Assembly: GCA_043228905.1 (NCBI GenBank)
Contig: JBHGNT010000008.1
Span: 12,896,001 to 12,960,000, forward strand
Length of the DNA: 64,000 bases
Reading direction: 5' to 3'
Source of the DNA: Azolla caroliniana
Taxonomy: Eukaryota > Plantae > Polypodiophyta
A program made the position numbers and the translations under genes. Below are positions 25,813 through 39,831 of the stretch, in pieces (position 1 is the first letter of the stretch; each line of letters begins with the position of its first letter). The notes beneath the pieces are model-generated. The model worked only from the letters and a program-made list of their open reading frames with translations. It had not been told where the DNA came from and ran no database searches.

Positions 25813-26639
25813 TTCCGATTCCGGTCGGACTAGTATCCATAGTCACGAAAATGGGCTTGCCGTCCAAATAGTCCGCCTTCCGTAATGCAGGTGCCTCCAT
25901 TAGTAATTTCTTTAGCCTTCGGATGACGAAAGTATGCTCGCTCGTCCATTCGAACCTCCGCTTCTTCTTCAACAAACCATACAATGGCTCAACAATGTGG
26001 GCATAGTGTGGATTCCAAATATGATAAAACGTGCATGCTGCAAGGAACCTTCGAACCTCCGTTTGGGTTACGTATTCTTCTTTCATGTCTTGGATTGCAT
26101 TCACCTTGGATGGCGAAGGCTTTCGGCCGTATGCTCCACATAACTGACCTACCACTAAGATCTCTAGTTGCCCGAATGCGGATTTTTCTCCCGAAAGTGT
26201 CAAATTCATATCTTTGAGCCTTTGCAGCACCTTCTTGCAATCCTTCATATGATCCACGACGAACTTTCTACATCCATTCTTATTTTTCGATTCATCCTTC
26301 TCCTCATCCGAACATCCTTTTATCAGAATATCATCCAAGAAAGGCATCGTGATTCCTAGGATGCAATCCTTCAAGACCTTGTTCATACCATTCACCATAT
26401 GAGCCACCGAGTTTGTTGCACCTTGAGGTAAGGTACACATCCGCACAAGTCCGATTGGAGTCCTCATAGTTGTAATGTCAGAACTATCGACCGCCAACTG
26501 GAATTGATCATATCTAGAGTAGAGATCGCCAACAGAGTAGATGGACCGGCCGGCAAACGCCTCGGCAAATTTATCCACACTCGGACCGATTCAAACATTC
26601 CAAATTGTCACCTTGTTGACGGGTTGAAGACCTTGGATG

Positions 26640-29600
26640 TGAAAGGACTACACGGTCCGCAAACAACGCTCGGCCACAACCGAGTCTAGGATCAAACACA
26701 GAAAAACAGATAATGTACGCACGACACAGTAAAGAGAAGAGTACACAGGATGTTTACGTGGAAAACCCAAACACGGGAAAAACCACGGCAGTCCACAGAC
26801 TGCAAACTATCACTATGTTACAATATACAATAGATGAACACAGAGGCAATGACCTCTTGTTCACTGTCTTCGCCACAGGCGGCGGTTACAATAGAGACAA
26901 CGTCCTCTTCGTCTCTCACTCTCACTCACTCACTCTCTCTCTCTCTCTGTACACGGTTGCACTCAAATCTTGCACCAACAAGAATGACAACTACTCTCTG
27001 TACTAAGTTTTCCCTAAGTCATATTTATACTAATATGACTTTTCGGCCATTTACAAATATAGCCCCAATGGACTCTTAGAAACATATTTACGAATATGTC
27101 CCTTCATCCGGTGAGCACTCCTCACCGGGCCTTCACCATCCAGCTCTTGCCGGGTACTCGTCATCCGGTTCTCACTGGACCTTCCATTGTCGGGTACTCC
27201 ACATCCGGATTTGGCCTCGGCCGAGTTGCTCATCAACTTTGTTCTTCTCACTTCCCATCCAGAGGGACCTGTTTCCTAACAAACTCCCCCTTCACTCCGG
27301 CATGGGATGTCGTACTAGTCCGATCCGCTTCTGACATGCATCCAACTTGTCGAGTATCAGTACTTTGGTCAGCATATCTGACCCATTCTCAGCCGTGTGG
27401 ATCTTCGTCAACGTGAACTCTCGATCTTCTACTCGCTCCCAGATCCAGTGATACCTACGTTGGATGTGCTTCGTCCTGGAATGGTATGTCGTGTTCTTAG
27501 CAATGTGGATGACACTTTGACTATCGCAATAGAGCCGATATTCATCTTGCCGGATACCGAGCTCTCCGATGAAGTCCTTCATCCATAATATTTCCTTGCT
27601 GGCTTCCACAGCCGCCATGTACTCCGCCTCCGTGGTTGACAATGCAACCGTCTTCTGCAGTCTCGACTGCCACGAAACAGCCCCCCCTGCATATGTCATT
27701 ACATACCCGGATGTAGACCGGCTGGTATCCACATCAGCCGACATGTCCGAATCGGTAAAACTGTCAATTTCAGGTTTACTGGAGCCGAATCGGAGACACA
27801 TATCCGAAGTGCCTTTCAAGTACCGGAGTATCCATTTGACTGCGTTCCAGTGCTCCTTGCCGGGATTGCTCATAAACCGGCTCACCACTCCGATTGCGTA
27901 TCCAATATCCGGCCGAGTACACACCATTGCGTACATCAAGCTCCAGACGATAGAGGCATATGGAACCTTCATCATATCAGCCTTCTCTGCTTTCATCTTC
28001 GGGCTTTGCTTACCGGATAGTCTGCAGTTTGCCGGGAGTGTCGATCCGACCGGTTTTGCTTCTAACATGTTGAACCGCTGAAGCACCTTTGTCACGTATT
28101 TCTCCTGTGACAACCACAATTACTTCTTTGACTAGTCCCTGATGATGTGCATCCCTAGTATCTATCTTGCCGGGCCCAAGTCTTTCATTGCGAAGGTTCG
28201 ATTGAGAGCCTTCTTCAGCATCCGTATTTTGGCTTGGTCCCGTCCGACGATCAACATGTCGTCCACATACAGAAGGAGTATTAGGAAGTCGCCTCCTTCG
28301 AACTTCTTCACAAACACGCAGTGATCGGCCTGCGTCTTGTGGTACCCTTGATCGGTCATGAAGGAGTCGAACTTCCGGTACCATTGTCGGGGAGCTTGCT
28401 TCAGTCCGTACAGGCTCTTCTTCAACCAGCAAACCAGGTGCTCCTTCCCTTTCTTCACGAGTCCTTCCGGTTGCTGCATGTAGATCTCCTCTTCGAGGTC
28501 ACCGTGAAGGAATGCCGTCTTCATGTCCAACTGCTCTACCTCGAGGTCCATGATTGCTGCTATACTAAGCACCATCCGAATGGAGATCATCTTTACTACC
28601 GGGGCAAATATCTCGTCGAAGTCCACGCCCTTCTTCTGTTAGAACCCCTTTACCACGATCCTGGCTTTGTATCTCGGGGGGTTGCCGGCATCTCCCGGTT
28701 TCAACTTGTACACCCACTTGTTTCGGAGTGCCCACTTTCCTTTCGGCAACTCCACCATTCGTACGTATGGTTCTCATGCAGGGAATCCATCTCATCTTGC
28801 ATGGCACTTAACCATTTGCGGATGTGGGTGTCATCCTTCACTTCTTCGAAGCTTTCCGGCTCTCCCTCATCGGTCAGCAGCACATGCTCCGCATTCGGAA
28901 ATCTCCGGGGGGCCCTTCTCTCTCTGAGAGGATATCTCCGTCTTTGGCCTTCGGCAACCGGCTCTACTATTTGTTCTTTATCCGAATCCGATTCGGGGTC
29001 TTGGCCGGTTCCGATTTCAACTTCCTCTACTTCTTCCTCTACCGGTTCGGTATCCTCACCGTAACCGGCTGGTTCCTCGAGTGTCAACCGGCTCTTAGCC
29101 GGGTGTGTCCGAATCTCATCGGAGTTCATTATCTTCTTCTCCGACTCCCAGTCGGCAAGAGTCTTCTCCTCCATGAAGATAATATCTCGGCTCCAGAAAG
29201 CCGTCTTGTCAACCGGATCCCACACTCGGTAGTCGAACTCATCATCGCCGTATCTGAGGAATATGCATGGCCGGGTCTTTGGATCCAACTTTCCTCTTCG
29301 GTCCTTAGCAACATGCATGTACACGAGACACCCGAACACCTTCAAATGCCGGTAGGAAACTTCCTTACCGGTCCACACCTTTTGCGGTGTGTCTCCATCC
29401 AAGGGCATTGAGGGTGATCTGTTTATCACATACATCGTCTTCGACAACGCCTCACCCCAAAACTTCTTGGGTAATTTTGCATGCGCCAGCATAATACTCC
29501 GGACCCTCTCCATTATGGTCTAGTTAATCCTCTTGGCCAGCCCGTTTAGTTCCGGCGTCTTCGGCACGGTAAATTCGAGCCGGATTCCCTTCGAGCGACA

Positions 29601-32079
29601 GTACTCCTTGAACTGCCCCCGGTATTCACCTCCGTTATCTCCTCGAACCGCCTTCAGCTTCCGGCCGGTTTCTCTTTCCACTCTCGAGTGGAGCTCTTTG
29701 AAGACGGATAACACTTGATCCTTCGTCTTCAACGGTGTGGCCCACAACTTCCGGTTGTGGTCATCTATGAACGTCACGAAGTACTGTGATCCGGCATGTG
29801 ACTTCGTGTCCACTTGACATACATCAGTATGCACCAACTCTAGTGGTGCATTACGTCTCATCGGTGGCCTCGATCGGAAGGAGGTCCGGTTTTGTTTACC
29901 GGCCAAACAATCAGTACACTTCTCCAAGTGCACGTTCTTCATTGGAATGAGGTTGTCATCTGCATGCCTCTTCATCCCCTTCTCACTCATGTGACACAGC
30001 CTCTTGTGACACAACTCACCGGCAATGTCGGATGCCACGTTCACTTCTTCCGGGCATAACCAGGCATTCATCAGGTACAACGTGTTGACCTTCCGGGCCC
30101 GAGCCACAATCAGGCTCCCTTTGCTGAACTTCATAACACCGTTCTGGACACTACCCGTGTAGCCTTCATCATCTATCCGACCGGCTGATATCAGGTTCAG
30201 ACAAACCTCCGGAACATGCCAGACATCCTTCAGCAGCAGCTTGCATCCGGTTGGTGTTGTCAACCACACATCTCCTATGCCGACAATTCGGCATGTACCT
30301 TCATTCCCCATCCGGACACAGCCGTGATCACCGGCTGAGTAGGATGAGAAGCATTTCCGGTCCGGGGTAAGGTGGAACGACGCTCCAGAGTCGACCACCC
30401 AGGTCATCTCGTCGCCACCAAGGTTTAGCTCACTCTCCTCGGTGATGAGCATCAACTCTTCTTCACTTGCCGCGATTGCCGTCGTTCCCTTCCGGTCCGT
30501 TCCCCTCCGGTCTTTACCGTTCCGGTCCAGTGTCCGCTTCGAATCAGTTCCATCGGTTTCCTTGTCTTTTCGGAAGTGCCGACAGTTCTTTTGGAAGTGT
30601 CCCGGCTTGCCGCAATAGAAGCAGGTAGGCCTCCCCCTTGACTTTGACCATGTCCCCGACTTCTCCCGGTTTTGGGGACTACGGTTCCTTTGTCTTCCGC
30701 GTTCCGATTCGGTAATGAGCGCTTTGGAGTCGGAGTTCGTATCCTTGTCTTTCCGATGCGCCTCCTCATATAGCAAGCTCAACTTCACTCTTGCCAGGGA
30801 TATCCGTTCCCTTCCGGCCCGGCGTTGCCCAAAGTGACAACCAACATCTCCCAGCTATCTGGCAGGGAACCGAGCAGGAGTAGTGCTAGTACCTCATCGG
30901 CGAGAGGTACTTCCAATGATGTTTCCTGGTGGATCAGCCCCTGGAAGGCATTCATGTGCTTCGCCATGCTGGAGCCATCTTGGTACCAGAGTCTTACTAG
31001 CTTCCGAAATACCGAAACCTGATTAACAACATTTTTGTTCTGAAACATAATGCCGATCTTCTCCCAGAGCTCATGAGCCTTGCTCTCTTCATTGAAGTTG
31101 TTGTATAGACTCATGTCGATGAATCACCGTATGTACGCCGTTGTCTTCATTTGCATCACCTCCCATATCGTGGCATCGATTTTGTCCGGTCTCTTGTCCC
31201 CGAACTGAACCGGAAACCAAAGATCTTTAACCACGAGCATGCCCCTCATCTTCGACTTCCACACCGAATAGTTGGAGCCGGTGAGCTTGAACATGCCTCC
31301 CAACGAATCGTCCATTTTTCTGTGTCGTTTCGCTCTGATACCAGTTTGAAAGGACTACACACTCTGCAAACAACGCTCGGCCACAACCGAGTCTAGGATC
31401 AAACACAGAAAAACGGATAATGTACGCACGACACAATAAAGAGAAGATTACACAGGATGTTTACGTGGAAAACCCAAACATGGGAAAAACCACGGCAGTC
31501 CACAGACTGCAAACTATCACTATGTTACAATATACAATAGATGAACACAGAGGCAACGACCTCTTGTTCACTGTCTTTGCCACAGGCGGCGGTTACAATA
31601 GAGACAACGTCCTCTTCGTCTCTCACTCACTTACTCACTCACACTCTCTCTCTCTCTCTCTGTGTACACGGTTGCACTCAAATCTTGCACCAACAAGAAT
31701 GACAACTACTCTTTGTACTAAGTTTGCCCTAAGTCATATTTATACTAATATGACTTTTCGGCCATTTACAAATATAGCCCCAATGGACTCTCAGAAACAT
31801 ATTTACAAATATGTCCCTTCATCCGGTGAGCATTCCTCACCGGGCCTTCACCATCCGGCTCTTGACGGGCACTCATCATCCGGTTCTCACCGGGCCTTCA
31901 CCATCTGGCTCTTGCCGGGTACTCGTCATCCGGTTCTCACCAGGCCTTCACCATCCGGCTCTTGCCGGGTACTCGTCATCCAGTTCTCACCGGGCCTTCC
32001 GTTGCCGGGTACTCCACATCTGGTTGCTCATCAAATTTGTTCTTCTCACTTCCCATCCAGAGGGACTTGTTTCCTAACA
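26640..32079 (-). mobile_element. Tork-like Copia element I, near-complete, inserted in the RT of K
   Basis: Perfect TSD GGATG; LTRs 26640-27281 and 31347-32079; PBS TGGTATCAGAGC at 31332-31343; PPT 27284-27297. Confidence 0.96.
27292..31315 (-). pseudogene. gag-pol: gag-pol of element I, broken by several stops and frameshifts
   Basis: CFYCGKPGHFQKNC, WVVDSGASFH, FIDDH, DNGGEY, YVDD, ALSTTEAEY. Confidence 0.93.
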
Positions 32080-33571
32080 GGATGAATCGCAACGATCCAT
32101 TCTTCTTCGGCACTGTGAACCGCCTATTAGAGTAAGGAGCGTTCGACGGTTCTAGAATTCCCATATTCCCCTTCTCCTTTAGGAGCTCAATCAGCTTCGG
32201 TAGCTGTGCTCTTGTAACCGATATTGGTTTCAAATTCCAAGACACATGCGGCACCCTGAAGATCACCATCGGTTCTATCGTCCTGGGATCAACACATCTG
32301 ATTTCTTGCGGGAAAAATGCGAAAGCCTTCCCATGTCTTTCAAGCATTCCGTGGAACATTCACTCCTCTTCAGGGAGGAGGAAATCCTCCCTTCCATCTC
32401 ATAGCTTTCCTTTTGTCTTCTTAGTGAAAACATGACCTATTGTCTTCGGATCCCTGAAGCTTAGATCCTTCGCATCTTCCTTCATGTTTTTCCAGCTATC
32501 TTCCGGTAGTGGAACCGCAACTGGCTTGATCTTTCTATCCACCATTCTATATTTTGTGTTGACTTCAGCTTCCTCCATGAAGATTCCTCGATGATATTCA
32601 TTGATGACAGTGTACATGTTGATGGAGTTAACCGAAATCATGTGTTGATCATGAGGATAGCTCAAGTCCACAACTTCCTCGATTTCGCCGATGGTGTCGT
32701 TAAATGAGGCTTCCTCCATAATATGAGTGACGAATTCTTCTTCTCCTATTATGCTTTCTTCTTACAGCACCTTCTCGAAGTCTTGTATCCGATGCTTGTC
32801 CTTCTTGATGAGTAGTGTTAGTTTACATGCACCACTAGATGTGACACATGTTGCTTCTCCTTACAATCCACGCACTCTGCTTCCTTGTGGGGACTTATGA
32901 TTGCTCAGACTATTTGTGCCCCATGCTTCAATGGCCCGCTCCAAAAATCCGAGGATTCGCCTCCAAAGCTATCTCGGTTCCTTTCGTAATTAGCTCGCAC
33001 CATTCGGAATTGAATAGATCTTTGACTGTCAAGACTCTTGACTCGCGCGAAGGCTGCTCCATTATCGAACACCTTGGTCTCCATTAAGGATGATGTGATA
33101 TATGGTTGTCCTAGGATGATAGGATGAGAAGCCGAGTCTTGCACGAAGAAGTGTTAATCCATCGCCACATTCCCGATTGTGACTTTAACATTGGGGCAAG
33201 CTCCGTACAAGTCCTCCATGGCCTTCATTGCCACTCGAATCTTCCATCCGTGGTTTGTATTAATCGGCCATCTTCCTTTCTTGTAGAATTCGGTCGACAT
33301 GAGGTTGATATCCGAGCCATGATCAATCAAGGCTACCATAGTCTCTTTCTTCTCCCCAATCTTCACCGGGGTCTCCGTTGTTGCTCTTGCCCAATGAGGT
33401 CGAGAGTAATGGTTGTCCGCCATCACTTCTTCTTCTTCCTCCTCTTCCGATCTTGCCATGGTTATGGCACTTGTTTTCACCTCCTCTTCATCCGATTGTT
33501 GCCGCTTCCGCTTAATAAGGTCCACGATAGTATCATGGAACTCCTTCTTGGCAATCCAAAGTAGTTCTCTC

Positions 33572-36500
33572 TATTGGGAAATTGGTCCCTCCAGATGGGA
33601 TGCGGTGATGAATGAAGAGGACCTAGTGAGAACCGGAAGAGAAGACATATTTGTGAATATGTTTTGAGTAAGCCTATTGAGGCTATATTTGTAAACTGTT
33701 ATTCCTTGGCCGCGACCTCTACTACCACCATATTGACTGCCAGTCGTTTTTCGTTACTTTTCACCGGGTATTGAGACAAGTCGTACATTGTATAGCTTGC
33801 CGAAAACGTACGTCTTCTTCTATCGGTAATGTACGCTGGAGTGCCCCGATTGTTAGCCACGAGCTTGTTTTCTCCATCTTGGTCGATCATGCTGGTGCGG
33901 AAATCAATAACTGCACACACCGTACGTAGGGGTTCCCGGAGTGCTGCAAGGAATATTGCTTTAGCCTCTGCCTCCAGTGGTGCCCGACTTAGGTGGCTGT
34001 GCATTCGCTAGAACCGGATTATGAATTGCTGAATGGTTTCTATAGGTTCCTACCATATGGTGTAGAATAGCCTGACCATCTCCCATTGATCCACTTCCTT
34101 GTGGAAGAACTGTAAAAATATGGTTTGCAAGTCCTCAAACGTAGTGATGGTGCCAGGAGGGTGCATCAAGCGCCATCGCGTGGCTGGTCCTTCCAAGGTC
34201 ATGCCGAACTCTGCAATCTTCGAGCATTTTGCTTCGGCGGCGGTTAAGTGTTACGACACATTGTTTGCTTCCCATGTTTGTAGAAATGCATACACATGGG
34301 CTTCCACGTCCGGATCATCCCGATACTTGGGATATTGGAATGGCATATCGTCATCCGGTGTCGGAACTCGAGCTGGTGGTGACGGAGGTCTCTCCTCCTC
34401 TTCTGTTGGAGACAATGTCAGAGTTCTTTCCTCCTCTTTTTTCGATGTCGAAGGTCTTCCCTCGTCCTCCGTCGGAGGCTCGTGTGGCGGTGTTGGAAGT
34501 TGATCCGCCTCATGCCCTCTTGAAGCTTCCAGTTGTGTTATTGCCGGTTCTGATGTCGGTATATTATCTGATTCCTCGTCCTTCGATCCGTCCAGGGTGT
34601 CGTGACTATTGCGGTAATTCGAATGTGCGTTGTACTCGCCGTTCGAATCCGATTCGAACGCTGAAAATGGTTCTGAATCGCCTTCTCCCGCTGCTAATGC
34701 CTGCATGATGGATTCCGCTTCTTTCAGACTACTTAAATTGCTTCCTTTGTCTGGGTGGGAATTTTGCTGCAAACAGAGTGACTCCGCAGCCACTCGCCGG
34801 ATCACCTTTGGAAAGGATAGATCCGCGTGGATTTCTTCTGCCGCCTGGTGGTATGCTTGACGCTTCCACAGTCTTTTGGTGAGTTGTTTCACTCGCTCCG
34901 TTGCTAGGTTGTTTGTTGGTCTAGTCATCCATACCCCCCGTTGTTCACTACGCTTGAGCAGGAATCGTGGTCGCCAAAAACTGTGTTATTCCTTGGGGCC
35001 GGACTAGTCCTAACACAGGGTGTTCCTCTAGGACACTTCACCAAAGGGTGGTGCAAGTGGGGTAGGCGTAGACCGTAATGCAAACATATTCCTAGCCGAC
35101 TACTAACCAGTGTGGTTAATGATCGTAATACACGTGTAAGATAGAATCTATTAAGCACAGAATGGTAATTAACTAAAGCTTTGAGAGATTAAACAAGGTG
35201 CAGGACAACAACATTTTCATTAATAAACCGCTATCTGATTACAATCTAACTAGGTCCTTTTATAGGTCACCGGCTCTAGGTACGAACTGGTGCCAACTGG
35301 CAACCAGCCACGAACCGGTCCGGATCTGGATCGGCATACCGATTCTGGGTTTGTTCGTTCGATTCTCAAAATAATTATAGATAAATTATCCCTTTCCCAT
35401 TCTGGACTTTATCCGACTTTTAAGTCTTTGCCGGCCAACATAAATAGCCCTAAGTTCATAGAAGTATAAATATGACTTAGGGCAAACACTTTTGTGGGGT
35501 TATTTGCCATATTGTCATTGATAGATAACTGTTTTAGATAGAGAGAGAGATACAGAGCGATACTCTATTGTAACCGCCGGCTGGCGAAGATACAGAGCTC
35601 GAGGTCGTTGCCTTTGAGTCTTTGTTTGTACCTTTCCTATATAGTGATAGTTTGGAGTCTGTGGACTCCCGTGGTTTTTCCCTATTAGGGTTTTCCACGT
35701 AAACATCCTGGGAATCCTCTATCGCTGTCTGTGTGTGTAAGTGTGCTCACTCCCTACGTCCCATTTCTATGTTTGATTTCCATCCAAGTGATTCAAGACT
35801 TGGTTGTGGCCGAGCAATATTCCGCGCAATTCTCTACAAACTGGTATCCAAGCGAACAACACAGGAAATGGAAGAATCGTTTGGCGGCATGTTCAAGCTC
35901 ACTGGCTCCAACTAGTTTGTGTGGAAGTCGAAGATGAGGGATATGCTAGTGGTTAAAGATCTTTGGTTACCGGTTCAGTTTGGGGGCAAGAGATCGAACA
36001 AGATAGACGCCATAGTGTGGGAGGTGATGCACATGAAGACGACGACATACATCCGGTACTTCATCGACATGAGCCTGTACAACAACTTCAATGTAGAAAG
36101 TAAGGCTCATGAACACTGGGAGAAGATCGACATCATGTTCCAGAACAAGAATGTTGTTAATCGGGTTTCAATATTCCGAAAGCTCATGAGGCTTAGGTAC
36201 CAGGACGGCTCCAGTATGGTGGAGCACATGAATGCCTTCCAGGGGTTGATACATCAAGAAACTACGTTGGAAGTACCTCTCGCCGATGAGGTACTTGCAT
36301 TGTTCTTGCTTGGTTCCCTCCCGGATAGCTGGGAGATGTTAGTTGTCACGTTGGGCAACGCTGGGCCTGAAGGAAAACAGTTGTCCCTAGCAAGGGTAAA
36401 ATCAAGCTTGCTAGATGAAGAAGCTCACCGGAAGGACCGGGAGTCTGCAACCAATCCGAAGGCCTTGGTCACGGAAGATGACCGCAACCGGGAAAGAGGC

Positions 36501-39500
36501 TGGTATCGGAGTCCCCAAAACCGGGACAAATCAGGGACGAGGTCGAAGTCAAGGGGAAGGCCCACATGCTTCTATTGTGGGAAGGCGGGACACTTCCAGA
36601 AGAGCTGTCGACATTTCTAGAAAGAGAAGGAGATCGGCACCACCGATTTGTAGAAGAGTTCGGACTAGAGAGGAACGGATCAGAAAGGAACGTTGGCAAT
36701 CATGACAAGTGAAGAGGATGAGTTAAACCTGGACGGCGACGAGACAATGTGGGTTGTCAATTCCGGAGCGTCGTTCCACCTGACACCGGATCGGAAATGC
36801 TTCTCATCCTACACTGGCGGTGGTCATGACTATGTTCAGATGGGGAATGAAGGTACATGCCGAATTGTCGGCATAGGAGATGTGTTGTTGATGACAACAA
36901 TAGGATGTAAGTTGTTGTTGAGGATGTCTGACACGTTCCGGAAGTTCTACTGAACCTGATATCAGTCTTTCGGCTAGATGATGAAGGCTACACGGGTAGT
37001 ATCCGGAACGGAGTCATGAAGTTTTGCAAAGGGAGCCTAATAGTGGCTCGAGACCGTAAGTTTTGCAAAGGGAGCCTAATAGTGGCTCGAGACTGTACTT
37101 GAATGCCCGGATATGCCAGCAAGAAGTGAACGTAGGATCCGACACTGTTGGTGAGCTGCGGCACAAAAGACTGTGTCACATGAGTGAGAAGGGGATGAAG
37201 AGGCTTGCTGAAGAAAATCTTATTCCGGTGAAGGACGTGCAACTTGAGAAGTGCACGACTTCCTGGCCGGCAACCAAAACTGAACCTCATTCCTGTCAAG
37301 ACCACCGATGAGACAGAATGCACCATTGGAGTTGGTGCATACCGATGTGTGTCAAGTGGACACGAAGTCACATGTCGGAGCGCAGTACTTCATGACATTC
37401 ATAGATGACCACAACCGAAAGCTGTGGGTCTCACCAATGAAGATGAAGGATCAAGTGTTATCCGTCTTCAAGGAGCTCCACGCGAGAGTGGAAAGAGAAA
37501 CCGGACGGAAGCTGAAGGCGGTTCACCCTCAGTACCCTTGGGAGGAGACTCACCTCAGAAAGTATGAACCGGTAAAGACGTGTCTTACAGGCATCTGAAG
37601 GTGTTCGGGTGTCTCACATATGTGCATGTAGCAAAGGATAAGAGAGCAAAGCTGGATCCAAAGTCTAGGCCATGCATATTCCTTGGATACGGCGACGATG
37701 AGTTCGGTTACCGGGTGTGGGATTTGGTTGACAAGAAGGTGTTCCGGAGTCGAGACATAGTCTTCATGGAAGACAAGACCATTGCCGGCTCGGAGTCAGA
37801 GACGAAGGTGATAAACTCCGGATCATCCAATGAAAACCGACTTGAGGACACAAGGACAGACCCGGTTGAGAACCGGATGTTAGCTAGTAATTGGATGACA
37901 CTCGATGAACCGGCCGGATACAGACAAGAAACCCAACCAACCGAAGAAGGAGGAGAAGAAGAAGAAGATAGCGGATATAGACAAGATCCCGAATTGGATT
38001 CAGATTCGGAACGAACAGAGGAACCTGTAGTCAGAAACCAAGGACAGAGATATCCTCTCAGAGAGAGAAGAGCCCCCGAGAGATTTCCGGATACAGAGCA
38101 CGTGTTGCTAACCGATGAGGGGGAGCCAAAAATCTTCGAGGAAACAAAGAGAGACACCCACACCCGCAAGTGGTTGAGTGCCATGTAGGATGAGACGGAT
38201 TCCTTGCATGAGATGGTTGAGTACCGGAAGTTCAACTCCTTCATGACCGACCAAGGGTACCACAAAATGCAAGCCGATTACTATGTCTTTGTGAAGAAAT
38301 TTGACAAAGGAGATTTCTTGATACTCCTCTTGTATGTGGATGATATGTTGATCGTCAGACGAGACCAAGGCAAGATGGTTCTAAACCGGACCTTCTCAAT
38401 GAGAGACTTGGGTCTGGCAAGACAGATATTGGGAATGTACATCATCCGGGACCGGTCGAAGAAGCTACTGTGGTTGTCATAGGAGAAGTACATGACAAAG
38501 GTGCTCCAACGGTTCAACATGTCGGAGGCGAAGCTGGTCGGATCGACACTTTTGGCAAACTGCAAGCTATCCGGAAAGTAGAGCCCGAAGACAAAGGCAG
38601 AGAAGACGGATATGATGAAGATACCCTATGCGTCTGCCGTCGGAGGCTTGATGTACACGATGGTATGTACCCGGACGGATATCGGATATGCAATCGGAGT
38701 GGTAAGCCGGCTCATCAGCAATCCTGGAAGAGAGCATTGGAACGCGGTCAAGTGGATACTCCGGTATCGGAAAGGCACCTCGAGTATGTGCCTCCAGTTT
38801 GGCTCCGATAATCCCCAACATGACAGATTCACGGATTCGGACATGTCGGCTGATGCGGATACCAACCGGTCTACATCCAGATATTTCATGACTTATGCAA
38901 GGGGTGCTGTTTCGTGGCAGTCGAGGGTGTAGAAGACGGTTGCGTTGTCAACTACGGAGGCGGAGTACATGGGATCTGTGGAAGCCAACAATGAGATAAT
39001 CTGGATGAAGGACTTCATCGGAGAGCTAGGAATCCAACAGGAGCAATACCAGTCTACTGCGATAGTCAAATTGTCATCCACCTTGCAAAGAACGCGGCCT
39101 ACCATTCCAGGACGAAACATATCTAGCGGAGGTACCACTGGATCCGGGAGAAAGTAGAAGATCAAGAGTTTGTGCTGATGAAGATCCACATGGAGGAGAA
39201 TGGGTCAGACATGCTGACCAAGGTACTAACAACCGACAAGCTAGACGGATGCCGAAATCGGATCGGATTGACGAGACATCCCATGCCAGAGTGAATGGGG
39301 AGATTGTTGGGAAATCAGTCCCTCCGGATGGGATCCGGTGATGAATGAAGAGAACCCAGTGAGAACTAGAAGAGAAGACATATTTGTGAATATGTTTAGA
39401 GTAAATCTATTGAGGCTATATTTGTAAATAGCCCTAAGTTCATAGAAGTATAAATATGACTTAGGGCAAACACTTTTGTGGGGTTTTTTGCCATATTGTC

Positions 39501-39831
39501 GTTGATAGATAACTGTTGTAGATAGAGAGAGAGAGAGAGAGATACAGAGTGATACTCTGTTGTAACCGCTAGTTGGCGAAGATACAGAGCTCGAGGTTGT
39601 TGCCTCCTCTGAGTCTTTGTTGGTACCTTTCCTATATAGTGATAGTTTGGAGTCTGTGGACTCCCGTGGTTTTTCACTATTAGGGTTTTCCACGTAAACA
39701 TCCTGTGTATCCTCTATCGTTGTTTGTGTGTGAGTGTGCTCACTCCCTACTTCCCATTTCTGCGTTTGATTTCCATCCAAGTGATACAAGACTTGGTTGT
39801 GACAGAGCAATATTCCACACAATTTTCTACA
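33572..39831 (+). mobile_element. Tork-like Copia element F with internal deletions; its 5' LTR is split by element J
   Basis: Perfect TSD CTCTC; 5' LTR 33572-33696 plus 35441-~35838; 3' LTR 39305-39831; PBS ~35842; gag from 35868; RNase H ends ~39293. Confidence 0.93.
33697..35440 (-). mobile_element. gag: Collapsed Gypsy element J: 5' LTR, Arg-type PBS, partial gag and a 13-bp stub of the 3' LTR
   Basis: TSD TAAAC/TAAAT; LTR 34984-35440 begins TGTTATTCCTTGG, repeated at 33697; PBS TGGCGACCACG at 34966-34976; gag-like PKYRDDPDVEAHVYAFLQTWEAN. Confidence 0.82.

Noticed and set aside
31420-32085. Antisense ORFs in Tork-like LTRs (QDVYVENPN...), also at 26713, 39241 and 22498
   Set aside because: Frames and stops differ among copies; explained by nucleotide conservation of the LTR motif
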